Origin: Puniceicoccales bacterium
GTDB taxonomy: Bacteria > Verrucomicrobiota > Verrucomicrobiia > Opitutales > LL51
DNA length: 64,000 nt
Assembly: GCA_031255715.1 (NCBI GenBank)
Contig: JAIRRZ010000030.1
Coordinates: 349-64,348 of the forward strand
Direction of reading: 5' to 3'
The notes under the pieces are model-generated. The model was given only the letters and a program-made list of their open reading frames with translations, was not told the DNA's origin and did not search any database. Below, piece by piece: positions 11,159 to 20,005 of this stretch. The position numbers and the translations under genes are program-made. How positions within the stretch are numbered: the stretch's first letter is position 1; each line of letters begins with the position of its first letter.

Positions 11159-11501
11159 CTGCTTTTTCTCCGACGCTTGCGCTACTGACGGCTGCGCTGC
11201 TGACCCTGGCGGCGACGGCGGTGGAAGGCGGCGGCGCTGCTGGTTTCTGCGCTGTTAACCTCGCTGGCGGTTTCTGCAACCCCTGTTCTTGAGATGCCGA
11301 TCGCTCATTCATTGCAGATCCACATTCCATGTTTCGCTGAGCTTTTTCACATTTTGATTGTGAGGAAGCCTTTGAATCGCCCTTAAACGCATGTATTTTT
11401 TGCTTAAAATTTAGCTCACCAGCTTTTTCAGCCCCTTGAGACGCTATCTGACAACACAAATCTCAACGATTTGGATCACCACCACCCGATACCTTAGCCA
11501 T
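11130..11501 (-). pseudogene. Possible detached 5' portion of the WH2 gene (in-frame TGA plus a frame change), or an independent small ORF
   Basis: The ATG at 11501 gives MAKVSGGGDPNR, then TGA (11463-11465). The same frame then continues DLCCQIASQG...QKPAAPPPSTAV... to 11130. The frame of the 430-aa ORF is open back to about 11263 with no start codon before 11158. Confidence 0.3.
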
Positions 11502-11559
11502 GTTTTATTCCTTTCTTGTAAAATAAATATCTAAGACTCTTCCCATTTGATCCTCAAAT

Positions 11560-11889
11560 TTATTGACGATCCGTAAGAGAGCCACCACTAACATTGAAAC
11601 TGCTATTGAGAATACTTTTCACAGCATTAGAAGATTTTCCTGATCCAATTTTGAATCCACCAAATACCCCACTATTCGAAGCTTGTTGAGTACTTTGAAT
11701 ATCCTTTGTTTTTGATATTTCCTGTATTTTATCAGACGAATTTTGCTGAATATCTATGGTCTCACCAGCCTTTTCCGTACTCGAAGGCTCGGTAGCAATT
11801 TTCATATTTTCCAGAGATGACAACTTTCCCGTTTTTTCGGCAATACCAGGATTAATGTCTTCACTGTCGCTACTTGGATTAACCTTCAT
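11560..11889 (-). CDS. Hypothetical Ser/Thr/Gln-rich small protein (109 aa)
   Basis: ORF only; low-complexity and polar, with no recognisable motif. It lies directly upstream of, and co-directional with, the WH2 gene. Confidence 0.4.
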   Translation of the reverse strand: MKVNPSSDSEDINPGIAEKTGKLSSLENMKIATEPSSTEKAGETIDIQQNSSDKIQEISKTKDIQSTQQASNSGVFGGFKIGSGKSSNAVKSILNSSFNVSGGSLTDRQ

Positions 11890-12096
11890 ACCACCTATAA
11901 TATATAATTATAAATTATTTTTACAATAAAGAATTGTATTTTTTATTCAAAGATCCTAGTAAAAATTCAGCTCAGGGAACTCGATAATAATAAATGGCTA
12001 TAACTGATTAAACAAAAATTAAAAAATTTTATATACAGTTGAAAAAAAATTCAGAAATAACGGACACTTTAAAGGTTCTCCCTGCAATAAAAAGTA

Positions 12097-13350
12097 TTAT
12101 ATTTCGAATTTTTTCACAATAACAGCGGAATTGGTCCCAAGCATGCCAAAGGAAGTATTCAAGATTATTCCTATATTGCCAACATACTTGGCTCTATTGA
12201 TTACAAGGTTTTTAAGTATACATTTGGGATCCAGTTCATCGATGTTAATCGTTGGGTGGACATAGCCGTCATTAAAAGATGGTAAATTTCCAGCTAGCTC
12301 GAGAGCTCCTGCAGCACCCATCGCATGGCCAATAAAACTTTTGGTGTTATTGATATATGTTTTGTTCGAATTTCCAAATACCTTGCGAATCGCCTCGCAC
12401 TCAATTACATCGCCCATGGGCGTCGATGTTGCATGCGTATTGACAACATCGATTTCTTCTGGACTCAAATGGGCTCGATTCAAGGTTAGACGAATGCACT
12501 GTGCCTGCCGCTCCGCATTGGGTAAAACGGCGTCGGTGGCATCCGTATTCATGCCATAGCCGACGATTTCGCCGTAAATCTTCGCATTACGCCTTTGCGC
12601 ATCTTCTAAACGTTCGACGATAAATAAACATCCACCTTCACTGACAACAATTCCATTGCGTTTGGAGTCAAAGGGTCGACTTACCCTATTCGGATCATTG
12701 CCATATCCTAGCGCTCCTTGACTACGAAACCCAGCAAATATGCCAAAAGAATGAACACTTTCACTTACACCACCCGCAATGGCTAGGTCTATTTCACCTA
12801 GGCGTAACATTTGGACGGCCTGGATAAGTCCTGCATTTCCTGCCGCACAGGCGGCGCCAATGGTATAATGTGGCCCTTGAATGCCCAGCTTTAGGTTAAT
12901 TTCTCCGGCAGGATTATTCGCGATGGTCCTTGGGTTATGATAGTGGGCCCAAAACTTTACATCGTAATTAAATTGTGCCAAATTGAAAACTTCATTTTCC
13001 GTTTCGACATTGCCGTGTTCCGTAATGCCGACATATACGCCCACGCGTGAAGTATCGATTTCTTCCATTCGAATTCCCGCATCCAACAATGCTTCCTGGG
13101 CACAGAAAATACCGATGGAACCAGCTCGGGTACAATTGCGCAATTCTTTTTTAGTTTGATACTTCAAAGGATCGAAATCACAGATACCGACAGGTAATTT
13201 ACCCATGTAGCGTACTTCCATTTCCTGAATACGTGGAATTTCATGGAGTAAACAGTGGCGAAAATCGTTTAAACTATTGGCACTTGGTGCGGTCAACCCT
13301 ACACCGGTAATGACGATTCTTTCACGATCCATTATCAAATGGAATAACAA
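12097..13350 (-). CDS. fabF: 3-oxoacyl-[ACP] synthase II
   Basis: RIVITGVGLTAP, the active-site context IGAACAAGN, NTHATSTPMGD and GHAMGAAGALE. The likely start is the internal Met at 13332 (MDRERIVITG). Confidence 0.92.
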   Translation of the reverse strand: MLFHLIMDRERIVITGVGLTAPSANSLNDFRHCLLHEIPRIQEMEVRYMGKLPVGICDFDPLKYQTKKELRNCTRAGSIGIFCAQEALLDAGIRMEEIDTSRVGVYVGITEHGNVETENEVFNLAQFNYDVKFWAHYHNPRTIANNPAGEINLKLGIQGPHYTIGAACAAGNAGLIQAVQMLRLGEIDLAIAGGVSESVHSFGIFAGFRSQGALGYGNDPNRVSRPFDSKRNGIVVSEGGCLFIVERLEDAQRRNAKIYGEIVGYGMNTDATDAVLPNAERQAQCIRLTLNRAHLSPEEIDVVNTHATSTPMGDVIECEAIRKVFGNSNKTYINNTKSFIGHAMGAAGALELAGNLPSFNDGYVHPTINIDELDPKCILKNLVINRAKYVGNIGIILNTSFGMLGTNSAVIVKKFEI

Positions 13351-13445
13351 TAGTGCAAAAGATTGGAAGGAAAATGATTAATTACCACCGAAAGGTAGTG
13401 ATATTGTATAAATAAATGCTAGGTGTGATGGGGATATAATATTTG

Positions 13446-13518
13446 TGGAGCCGATCGGTCTCGAACCGACGACCTCCACAATGCCATTGTGGCGCTCTAC
13501 CAACTGAGCTACGACCCC
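13446..13518 (-). tRNA. tRNA-Ala (anticodon GGC)
   Basis: Reverse complement GGGGTCGTAGCTCAGTTGGTAGAGCGCCACAATGGCATTGTGGAGGTCGTCGGTTCGAGACCGATCGGCTCCA folds as a cloverleaf. It has the G3:U70 Ala identity pair and anticodon loop AUGGCAU. CCA is not encoded. Confidence 0.93.
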
Positions 13519-13643
13519 GACGGATTAGTTTTATGGGACTTTTTCATTGGGAATCAAGTAAGAAGTGCACCAATCAAACCAAGAAAAATATTTTTTATTA
13601 AATTTTTATTTTTATTTTGCAAAATTTCATTAGAATTATAGCT

Positions 13644-14187
13644 ATGAGTATTAATAAATTGAATATTTTGGCAGACATTAAATCTACTTACGATCAGGCT
13701 TGCGGACAGTACAAAGAGAATGCGAAAACACAGGGTAAAAAAGACGCCAAAGGTATAGAAGAGGATAAGCGCCTAATAAATTAATAACAAAACATTTAAT
13801 ATTACATGCGTAACGCAGCTTAAACATCGTGATGGACAACACATTCGAAATGCTTTAAGAAAACTTTTCAATGTAAAAGAAACTAAAATAACTGCGAAGC
13901 CGGCGATAGTTGGACAAACAGGACAAAAAGTAATGGGGAATGGCATAGGAAGTATAATGATGATAAGCAGATCATCAAATAAGTCAGATTCAATCGAGTT
14001 TACATATAATAAAGGCAAAGGTGCAAAAAAGTTCATAAAAGATCAGCTCACAAAACAAGAGACGAAATCACCCACAGAGACATCCCAATTACAGCCAACA
14101 CCGTTCGCAGCAAAACAATCGGAAGAGTCTAAGAATGCTTTGAACAGGCAAAAATCTTCTGAAGAAGATCCACAACAACCTTCCTGA
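13644..14187 (+). pseudogene. Possible frameshifted hypothetical gene (46-aa ORF 13644-13784 plus an open frame 13780-14187)
   Basis: ORF MSINKLNILADIKSTYDQACGQYKENAKTQGKK... stops at 13782-13784. The adjacent frame is open from 13780 with no start until 13933 (listed 84-aa ORF). The junction lies in an A-rich run. No homology was recognised. Confidence 0.25.
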
Positions 14188-14526
14188 TTGCACCCCAAAA
14201 ACATTTCGTATCCTCCAATGGTAAATAGTGAAAAGGCTATGAGATCTTGGGCAAAACATCCCAATATTCCCAATTATATGGAAAATGAAATAATATATGT
14301 AAATTATTCCAATTTTGTTTACTGTTTTGAATAATCAAATGCAATCGACGCTAAAAGGACAAATCAATGTTTTCAATTTACAGGTAAATTGAAAATGGTA
14401 CACACAGCAATACGCTAGGAAATAAAAAAATAGTACGCACTCCCAAAATCCCCAACAAAAATATTAAAGCTATTCATAACACCCTATCGCATCATTACCA
14501 TTCGCTATCGATCACTGACCTTATCC

Positions 14527-14603
14527 TGGCGCGCCTCGCAGGATTCGAACTTGCAACCTTCTGATCCGTAGTCAGATGCTCTGTCCAGTTGAGCTAGAGG
14601 CGC
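14527..14603 (-). tRNA. tRNA-Arg (anticodon ACG), CCA encoded
   Basis: Reverse complement GCGCCTCTAGCTCAACTGGACAGAGCATCTGACTACGGATCAGAAGGTTGCAAGTTCGAATCCTGCGAGGCGCGCCA, with anticodon loop CUACGGA. Confidence 0.92.
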
Positions 14604-14804
14604 CTACTGCTTTATACTAAACAGAAAAAATAATTTGCAAGTATTTTGTCAACCGATAATGGCGAAAAATTTCCCAAAAACCGTAATCGCAAATACGAAA
14701 AATGCAACAATTGCTAAATTAATTTAAATTTTAAATTGACAATTTTTTAAAAAAAATTACATTATACTGCACTATACGATAGTATAGTAGAAAGGATCAA
14801 AAGA

Positions 14805-15557
14805 ATGAAAAAAGAAAAAATAGTAAAAATAATGACATTGGGACTCCTTAGCGGGTTTCTGGGATCTAGAATATATGGGACAACTACAGATTGGCATAGA
14901 GAGTCAGGTGTTGTTGACTTGGAAAACAAATGGGAGGAATGTCGCAAGAAATATTCCGAGGAATATCCCGATGTGCTAGAATGTCGCACGCAATATTCCA
15001 AGTTATATCCCGATGTGCTAGACGTGACACAAACAATCGCAAAACTAACCAAAACATGTCCAACAATTCAACAACTGTTAATGAAAATAACCTATGAAGA
15101 CAATCATCGTACCCACGGTATTTTTGAAACTATTATACAAATACTTCAGATATTAAACCAAAACAAAGTACCTTCTAATATATTAAATATACTTCTTGAA
15201 ATTATTCAATCTGCAGAACTCAGCACTTCATCAAATATTCAATCTATAAAATTCCACATTCCATCAAAGTTGTCATCATGGGCAGGACCTCACTTAGACG
15301 CACTTGATAAGATTATTGATTTGCTGAATACCAACAATGAGATCGGAATAGCTTTGAAACATATATGCGAAAGTGAGTTGAAACAAGAAAGTTTTGAAAA
15401 CTGGAAAAGCAATCAATTCGAACACTCGAGCCATGGCAGCATCACTGATATTAAAAACCAACTAAATTCACGTAATATTAAAAACCAACTAAATTCTCAC
15501 AAACAATCCCGTGCTAAAATATCCAATCAGGAAACATCGGAAGAATGTAGCCGGTAG
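14805..15557 (+). CDS. Hypothetical protein with hydrophobic N-terminus and internal tandem repeats
   Basis: 250 aa. 42-nt tandem repeat at 14937-15020 (ECRKKYSEEYPDVL / ECRTQYSKLYPDVL). 27-nt tandem repeat at about 15450-15500 (IKNQLNSRN / IKNQLNSH). No family recognised. Confidence 0.5.
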   Translation: MKKEKIVKIMTLGLLSGFLGSRIYGTTTDWHRESGVVDLENKWEECRKKYSEEYPDVLECRTQYSKLYPDVLDVTQTIAKLTKTCPTIQQLLMKITYEDNHRTHGIFETIIQILQILNQNKVPSNILNILLEIIQSAELSTSSNIQSIKFHIPSKLSSWAGPHLDALDKIIDLLNTNNEIGIALKHICESELKQESFENWKSNQFEHSSHGSITDIKNQLNSRNIKNQLNSHKQSRAKISNQETSEECSR

Positions 15558-15578
15558 GAATTACACACAACACACATA

Positions 15579-15618
15579 AAAAAAAACAAACCTCAGAAAA
15601 TATCTGAGGTTTCTCGTT
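15579..15618. terminator. Bidirectional intrinsic terminator between convergent genes
   Basis: An A-run (15579-15587) precedes an 8-9 bp hairpin, aacctcaga/tctgaggtt (15590-15612), followed by tttctcgtt. On the minus strand the hairpin is followed by a long U-run, ending the sctD-I operon. Confidence 0.65.
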
Positions 15619-15624
15619 ATTCGG

Positions 15625-16092
15625 TTATCCCTGATTACGAAATAAAGTTTGAGCACCTTGACTCGTCTTATCTGCAACTTTCGAGGATAGCTCATTGATG
15701 TAAGACAATTGCATTACTTGCCATTGCAACTCCATTAGATTCGCCGTCGAAAAATTTGCTCCATTTTTATCAATTGTAAGTTTATTAATAGATTTTTCAA
15801 TTTCCTTATACGCGTCGCGCGCGTTCTGTACCATATTCAATACACCCTCTCCGGGAGTAACACGTTGTACCGGTTTAGGCTTCCAAAACCCATTACGTCC
15901 AACTGAACTCCCAACCGAATTCACCAAATTTGGATTCATCACATTTGGATTCATCACATTTTGAAATTCTTTCGATCTTCCAAATGCCGGCACAACCCCA
16001 TCATCAATTAGCAGCGCATCCGGTGAAATTTTTTCACCTCCAACACTCATTGCTTGATTCGCAAGCCTACTACTCGCCATATTTACATCCAT
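15625..16092 (-). CDS. sctI: T3SS inner-rod/needle-family protein (SctI-like)
   Basis: The C-terminus NLMELQWQVMQLSYINELSSKVADKTSQGAQTLFRNQG follows the PrgJ/YscI-type pattern. It is the last gene of the sctD-E-F-G operon. It contains a 15-nt tandem duplication (15929-15958, NVMNPNVMNP). At 155 aa it is long for the family. Confidence 0.55.
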   Translation of the reverse strand: MDVNMASSRLANQAMSVGGEKISPDALLIDDGVVPAFGRSKEFQNVMNPNVMNPNLVNSVGSSVGRNGFWKPKPVQRVTPGEGVLNMVQNARDAYKEIEKSINKLTIDKNGANFSTANLMELQWQVMQLSYINELSSKVADKTSQGAQTLFRNQG

Positions 16093-16096
16093 ACTT

Positions 16097-16510
16097 TCAT
16101 CCTTCCTTTATAATACATTCTGCTAACGCTATTGCGTCCATATCTTTCCCATTTTCTTTTATTTGATTTAAAATAGTATAACTTTCACCTCTTTGCTTTA
16201 CTTGATATAAAAGCATCCCATAAAATGCTTTTGCTATCTCACTTTCAGGATTTATCTTCAGCGCTTTCTCCATAAGTAATTTCGACGCCTCTGTATATTC
16301 CCCAAACACCATTCGCATAAATGCATACGCAACGTAAAGCAATTCATTCTGTGGACGAGCAGCAATCACACCTTCAAAGATAATTTCAGCATTTTTCCTT
16401 TTGCCACTTCCCGTCGCAACATATCCGATATTGACGAGCAAACGAAGCATCTCAGCTGAAATTGAGTCCTGCTTAAAATTTGTATCGTTGCAAAACAAAG
16501 ATAGCATCAC
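16097..16510 (-). CDS. sctG: T3SS needle co-chaperone, TPR-like (YscG/SctG-like)
   Basis: 137 aa, all-helical and TPR-like. LLVNIGYVATGSGKRKNAEIIFEGV resembles the YscG N-terminal region as I recall it. It sits immediately downstream of the needle gene, with a 2-nt gap. Confidence 0.6.
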   Translation of the reverse strand: MMLSLFCNDTNFKQDSISAEMLRLLVNIGYVATGSGKRKNAEIIFEGVIAARPQNELLYVAYAFMRMVFGEYTEASKLLMEKALKINPESEIAKAFYGMLLYQVKQRGESYTILNQIKENGKDMDAIALAECIIKEG

Positions 16511-16512
16511 CT

Positions 16513-16848
16513 TTAACGAATATTCTGTGTAATTTTCATCAATGTATCACCAACGGTACGTACAGTACCCGTAGCAACCGCTGCAACCGTACCCCAAGTT
16601 TGAACCATTGCTTGCAATTCCAAAAGGGTCCCTTGATCAATATCCGAAGCTTGAGAACCTTCGATCTTTTGGAGAGACGTTGCAAAACCTTTTTCAAAGG
16701 CTCTCATATAACTCACAAGCACCTTATATGTGTTGAAAATACTCAACCTATCTGTTAGATCTGCGCTATTACTTAGATCATCTGCTCCCGGCTTAAAACC
16801 CGGGCCATTATAACTTGCATAACTTGGAGAACCCTGACTCTCTGGCAT
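16513..16848 (-). CDS. sctF: T3SS needle filament protein (SctF)
   Basis: The C-terminal helix-turn-helix ends ...LLELQAMVQTWGTVAAVATGTVRTVGDTLMKITQNIR (compare PrgI/MxiH/YscF, which end ..IxQNFR). It is flanked by E- and G-like chaperone genes. It carries an unusual G/P/S-rich N-terminal extension of about 35 aa. Confidence 0.8.
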   Translation of the reverse strand: MPESQGSPSYASYNGPGFKPGADDLSNSADLTDRLSIFNTYKVLVSYMRAFEKGFATSLQKIEGSQASDIDQGTLLELQAMVQTWGTVAAVATGTVRTVGDTLMKITQNIR

Positions 16849-16938
16849 ATTTTTCCTTTTTCTTTAATTGTTAGCGACTATCACATCAATAGTCGACAAT
16901 TGAGAAAATATACAAAATTTAAATAAATACAACATATT

Positions 16939-17172
16939 TTATTTAAAATTAGTAACTATTTCACGAGCACTCTCAAGTGCATTCTTCAGCTTCTCATATA
17001 CTGAGAATTCCTCAGGTGCTAAGCCGGTTGCAATGTGCTCTTTTACCCATTGCTGATACTGGACAATTTCTTGTAATATTTCTCGACGATAACTGCCATC
17101 ACTATCGTTCAGCAGCTGACGCTCCATGTCGACCAAGGTCAAACGCTTTAACTTTTTTGTATCAGTATCCAT
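16939..17172 (-). CDS. sctE: T3SS needle co-chaperone (YscE/SctE-like)
   Basis: 77 aa forming a two-helix hairpin. EFSVYEKLKNALESAREIV resembles the YscE C-terminal helix as I recall it. It sits between sctD and sctF, as in ysc and cds operons. Confidence 0.6.
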   Translation of the reverse strand: MDTDTKKLKRLTLVDMERQLLNDSDGSYRREILQEIVQYQQWVKEHIATGLAPEEFSVYEKLKNALESAREIVTNFK

Positions 17173-17362
17173 TCTATCCCAAGCGATTTATATAAAATGT
17201 TAGCCACTTTCTCGTATAATAACACCCCATAATGCGTCCTGTCACAATCATCGGCATAAAATTTGACCCAATTGCGCTTATATTAATATCCATTCTTTAT
17301 TGAAAAATTTCTTTCAATGAAATTTAATAATCTCCCCTATCGCCAACAATCAACTTGAGCCA

Positions 17363-18805
17363 TTAGATCAAATTAAAATCTAGCTTAACCTCTTCGTCCG
17401 CATTTTTAATCGTTACACTATCCTGTTCGATGTGATCGATAACGTAACCACTGGGTAACACAGATCCCTGGAAATATTTATTCCCATCTTTAATATTTAT
17501 CCAATCCAACCCTTGATTACTGAAGTTTACGCTATCGATCTTTCCGCCAAAAAATTTCTCAATGGTCAAATTTCGATCCGTTGATACGGAAATCGCAAAG
17601 CTTAGCTGCGCTTTTTTCTTAAATACTTTTTCAAGTTCACTCCGCGCTTTAGCCCAATCCTCTTTATCGTTGTCGCTAATCGTTCCCCGAATCTCTACAC
17701 CTAAATCATTGACACCAACTTCTAGTTTTTCTTTAAATCGGCGCTCCAAAAGAATATCTTTTGCAATCTTGATTGCTGAATCCTTAACCAATACTTCGTC
17801 TTTAATATTAGTTATTCCTTTTATGGATTGTATTTCTGCTTTTAATTTTTTCCAAATTTCTGCCTTTTTAATATATCCCATTGCGACGATCTCACCAAAC
17901 TCTTTTGACCTTTCAAGAACAACACCTTGCTTTGATTGTTGTACGATCTCGCTGGCTCTATTGACCAGTTTTTCCATACAGAAAATCCTTATTAAAATAT
18001 CTTCTTCAATATTCCTTACGGTTGCCTTTATCGCTGCCGAATCATTTAAGGTACTCACATAGCCCACCACGGAAACTGGAGAATCTTTACTTGCCCTCGA
18101 AATCTTTAATCTCGCATTGAGCTTTAGGTCAGCGATCTCCTTCTGAACCCGATCTTCAATGGTATCTGGTTTAGATAGAGGCGCTGCTCTACAATCTTTC
18201 CACAATACGTACACAATCGATCCCGCTATAGCAACCGCACAACAAACAGTAACCTCTATGGAATAACGAATGATTTTTTGTTTAAACGTCAGCTTTATTT
18301 TACTTAGCTTATCCGCCTGTTCCGCTTTCCGATCCTTCAGCTCCGTTTCTTTTATATCTTCTGCTTCTTGATCTTTAATTTTTTCGATTCCATTTTCCGG
18401 CTTTTCTTCGATGGTTTTCACATTGCGCTCCGGCAATTCACTAAATGTTATAAGCTCTTCTTCTATTTTCTCCAATTCCGGAAAATCACCCAGCGAAACA
18501 GCTTGCCAATGCTCGCTTTCCGCTTCTCCCATCATCATATGCGTTGCACCAATTGTGATAAATTTGAAATTATCAATCGTAGCCGATTCGCGTAACAATT
18601 TCCCATCAATGAAAACATTTCCATCGAGCGGTGTTATAAAAATACGACCTTCCGAAGGCCTGAATTTTGCATGTCGATCGGTAACCAAAGCATCGCTAAT
18701 AATGACATCACATTCATCCGCCGCTCCAATGATAATTTCCTCCTCCGGGATATCAAATTCCGCCCCCTGATGCGGCCCAGATAACACTCTTAGCAACAGT
18801 CCCAT
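17363..18805 (-). CDS. sctD: T3SS inner-membrane ring protein SctD (YscD/EscD/PrgH family) with N-terminal FHA-like domain
   Basis: The start is taken at the internal ATG 18805. MGLLLRVLSGPHQGAEFDIPEEEIIIGAADECDVIISDALVTDRHAKF is the FHA-like cytoplasmic domain. There is a single TM segment (IRYSIEVTVCCAVAIAGSIVYVLW), then a periplasmic domain of about 270 aa. The listed ORF extends to 18850. Confidence 0.8.
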   Translation of the reverse strand: MGLLLRVLSGPHQGAEFDIPEEEIIIGAADECDVIISDALVTDRHAKFRPSEGRIFITPLDGNVFIDGKLLRESATIDNFKFITIGATHMMMGEAESEHWQAVSLGDFPELEKIEEELITFSELPERNVKTIEEKPENGIEKIKDQEAEDIKETELKDRKAEQADKLSKIKLTFKQKIIRYSIEVTVCCAVAIAGSIVYVLWKDCRAAPLSKPDTIEDRVQKEIADLKLNARLKISRASKDSPVSVVGYVSTLNDSAAIKATVRNIEEDILIRIFCMEKLVNRASEIVQQSKQGVVLERSKEFGEIVAMGYIKKAEIWKKLKAEIQSIKGITNIKDEVLVKDSAIKIAKDILLERRFKEKLEVGVNDLGVEIRGTISDNDKEDWAKARSELEKVFKKKAQLSFAISVSTDRNLTIEKFFGGKIDSVNFSNQGLDWINIKDGNKYFQGSVLPSGYVIDHIEQDSVTIKNADEEVKLDFNLI

Positions 18806-18936
18806 CAAATCAAGTGAAGAAAAGCTAATAAAAAAAATAGCTGCAGTCAATATTTAAGAAAAATTTTACGCAATGGCATGTTTTTATTGCCATTTCCATA
18901 TGGATTGATACATTCATAGGTGGATGGAGTATAGAA
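18806..18936. promoter_or_regulatory. Divergent promoter region between sctD operon and sctW operon
   Basis: A 131-bp AT-rich spacer between divergently oriented T3SS operons. A GGATGGAG Shine-Dalgarno lies 8 nt before the sctW ATG. No specific promoter boxes were assigned. Confidence 0.45.
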
Positions 18937-19995
18937 ATGTCGCAAATTGAAGGAATTCAAAAAAAGAATGATACGCCTCAAGGGAATGTTACTGTTGGCC
19001 CCCAAGGAACTTACCGCGGACAACCCGTAACAATAATTCAAGATTTGGCACCTTCGGCAATTCAACTCGCTAGTAATGTCGCCGGATTTGAAGCGACAAA
19101 ACAAAAATCGCGTAACTCTATCCTTAATCGCACGATTGTTACAAAAAAAATTTTCAAAGAAAAAGAAAATATTCTCGCAACTTATACGGAGCGCCTCGGA
19201 CAACAAAAACAGTCCAAAAGATATAAGGAAACCTACGGCGAATTAAACCGTATGCAATATAAATTGGAATACGAACGGGAAGAAAATCAAGATGAATTGC
19301 GCAATATGTTACTCTATAAAGTTTCAGAAGTCTTCGGCGAAGTTACCGAACAGGATAACGTTTTGGAATACGCCATTGCAATGAATGATATTGAGCGTAT
19401 CAATTTCGAAACAGAAATCGGACAGGTAAAAAAAATGATCGCACTTTTCAGCGAACCCGAAAAAAATTTTATCAATATTGGTTTTGCAAACACGGAACGG
19501 ATGAATTGGATCGATAAATTAACATCACTCGAAAAAAATCTCCATACCCATAACCTACTGAAAAAACAACTGCTTCGCGCCCAGGAACTTCTTCGAAAAA
19601 CACATAAACGGGAAATTTATGATGGCTACAATCTGATTCCTAAGGCGGCAGCAATTCTCAATCAACAGTACGGCGATGACGGCAATGCGCCAAATGCAAT
19701 AAGTTTAGCAGTGAGCTATCGCGACGAGGTCCTCAATATGAAAAATTCACTCGATATTTTCGAAGTATTTATTTTACGCCAAGAAAAGAAACGGGAAGAT
19801 TTTCGAACATACCTCGATTCGATGATCGCGCTATTCGGCATCGATATGGCTTCCACAAATCCTTCTCGCTCGAAGGAAGAGTTGCGCAGTGTGCGAGATG
19901 GTCTATTTCATATCGAAATTTGCGGACAAATCTATGATAGTGTGGGTGTACTCGGCCATGACATTCGCCGCATATTTGAAGATACTAAAGGATAG
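18937..19995 (+). CDS. sctW: T3SS gatekeeper protein (SctW; YopN/CopN/InvE/MxiC family)
   Basis: 352 aa, all-helical, with a polar N-terminal region of about 60 aa. The call rests mainly on synteny: it is divergent from sctD and followed by TyeA-like and SycN-like ORFs, as in Yersinia yopN-tyeA-sycN. Confidence 0.6.
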   Translation: MSQIEGIQKKNDTPQGNVTVGPQGTYRGQPVTIIQDLAPSAIQLASNVAGFEATKQKSRNSILNRTIVTKKIFKEKENILATYTERLGQQKQSKRYKETYGELNRMQYKLEYEREENQDELRNMLLYKVSEVFGEVTEQDNVLEYAIAMNDIERINFETEIGQVKKMIALFSEPEKNFINIGFANTERMNWIDKLTSLEKNLHTHNLLKKQLLRAQELLRKTHKREIYDGYNLIPKAAAILNQQYGDDGNAPNAISLAVSYRDEVLNMKNSLDIFEVFILRQEKKREDFRTYLDSMIALFGIDMASTNPSRSKEELRSVRDGLFHIEICGQIYDSVGVLGHDIRRIFEDTKG

Positions 19996-20005
19996 GTAAA
20001 TCTTT

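Noticed and set aside
10728..11292. Long plus-strand ORFs (176 aa Gly-rich, 169 aa Ala-rich) and an 89-aa Arg-rich minus-strand ORF across the GC-rich tract
   Set aside because: They are alternative-frame or antisense readings of the CCG/GGC-rich polyproline repeat. Only the Pro-reading frame continues into a long, sensible protein with WH2 motifs and a coiled coil.
11463..11465. In-frame TGA upstream of the WH2 gene as a hint of UGA recoding (genetic code 4 or 25)
   Set aside because: Many well-supported genes in the window end at TGA with the next gene starting immediately, for example ruvA/ruvX at 447-452 and accB/accC at 62660-62665. Conserved proteins also show no internal TGA. The standard code fits.
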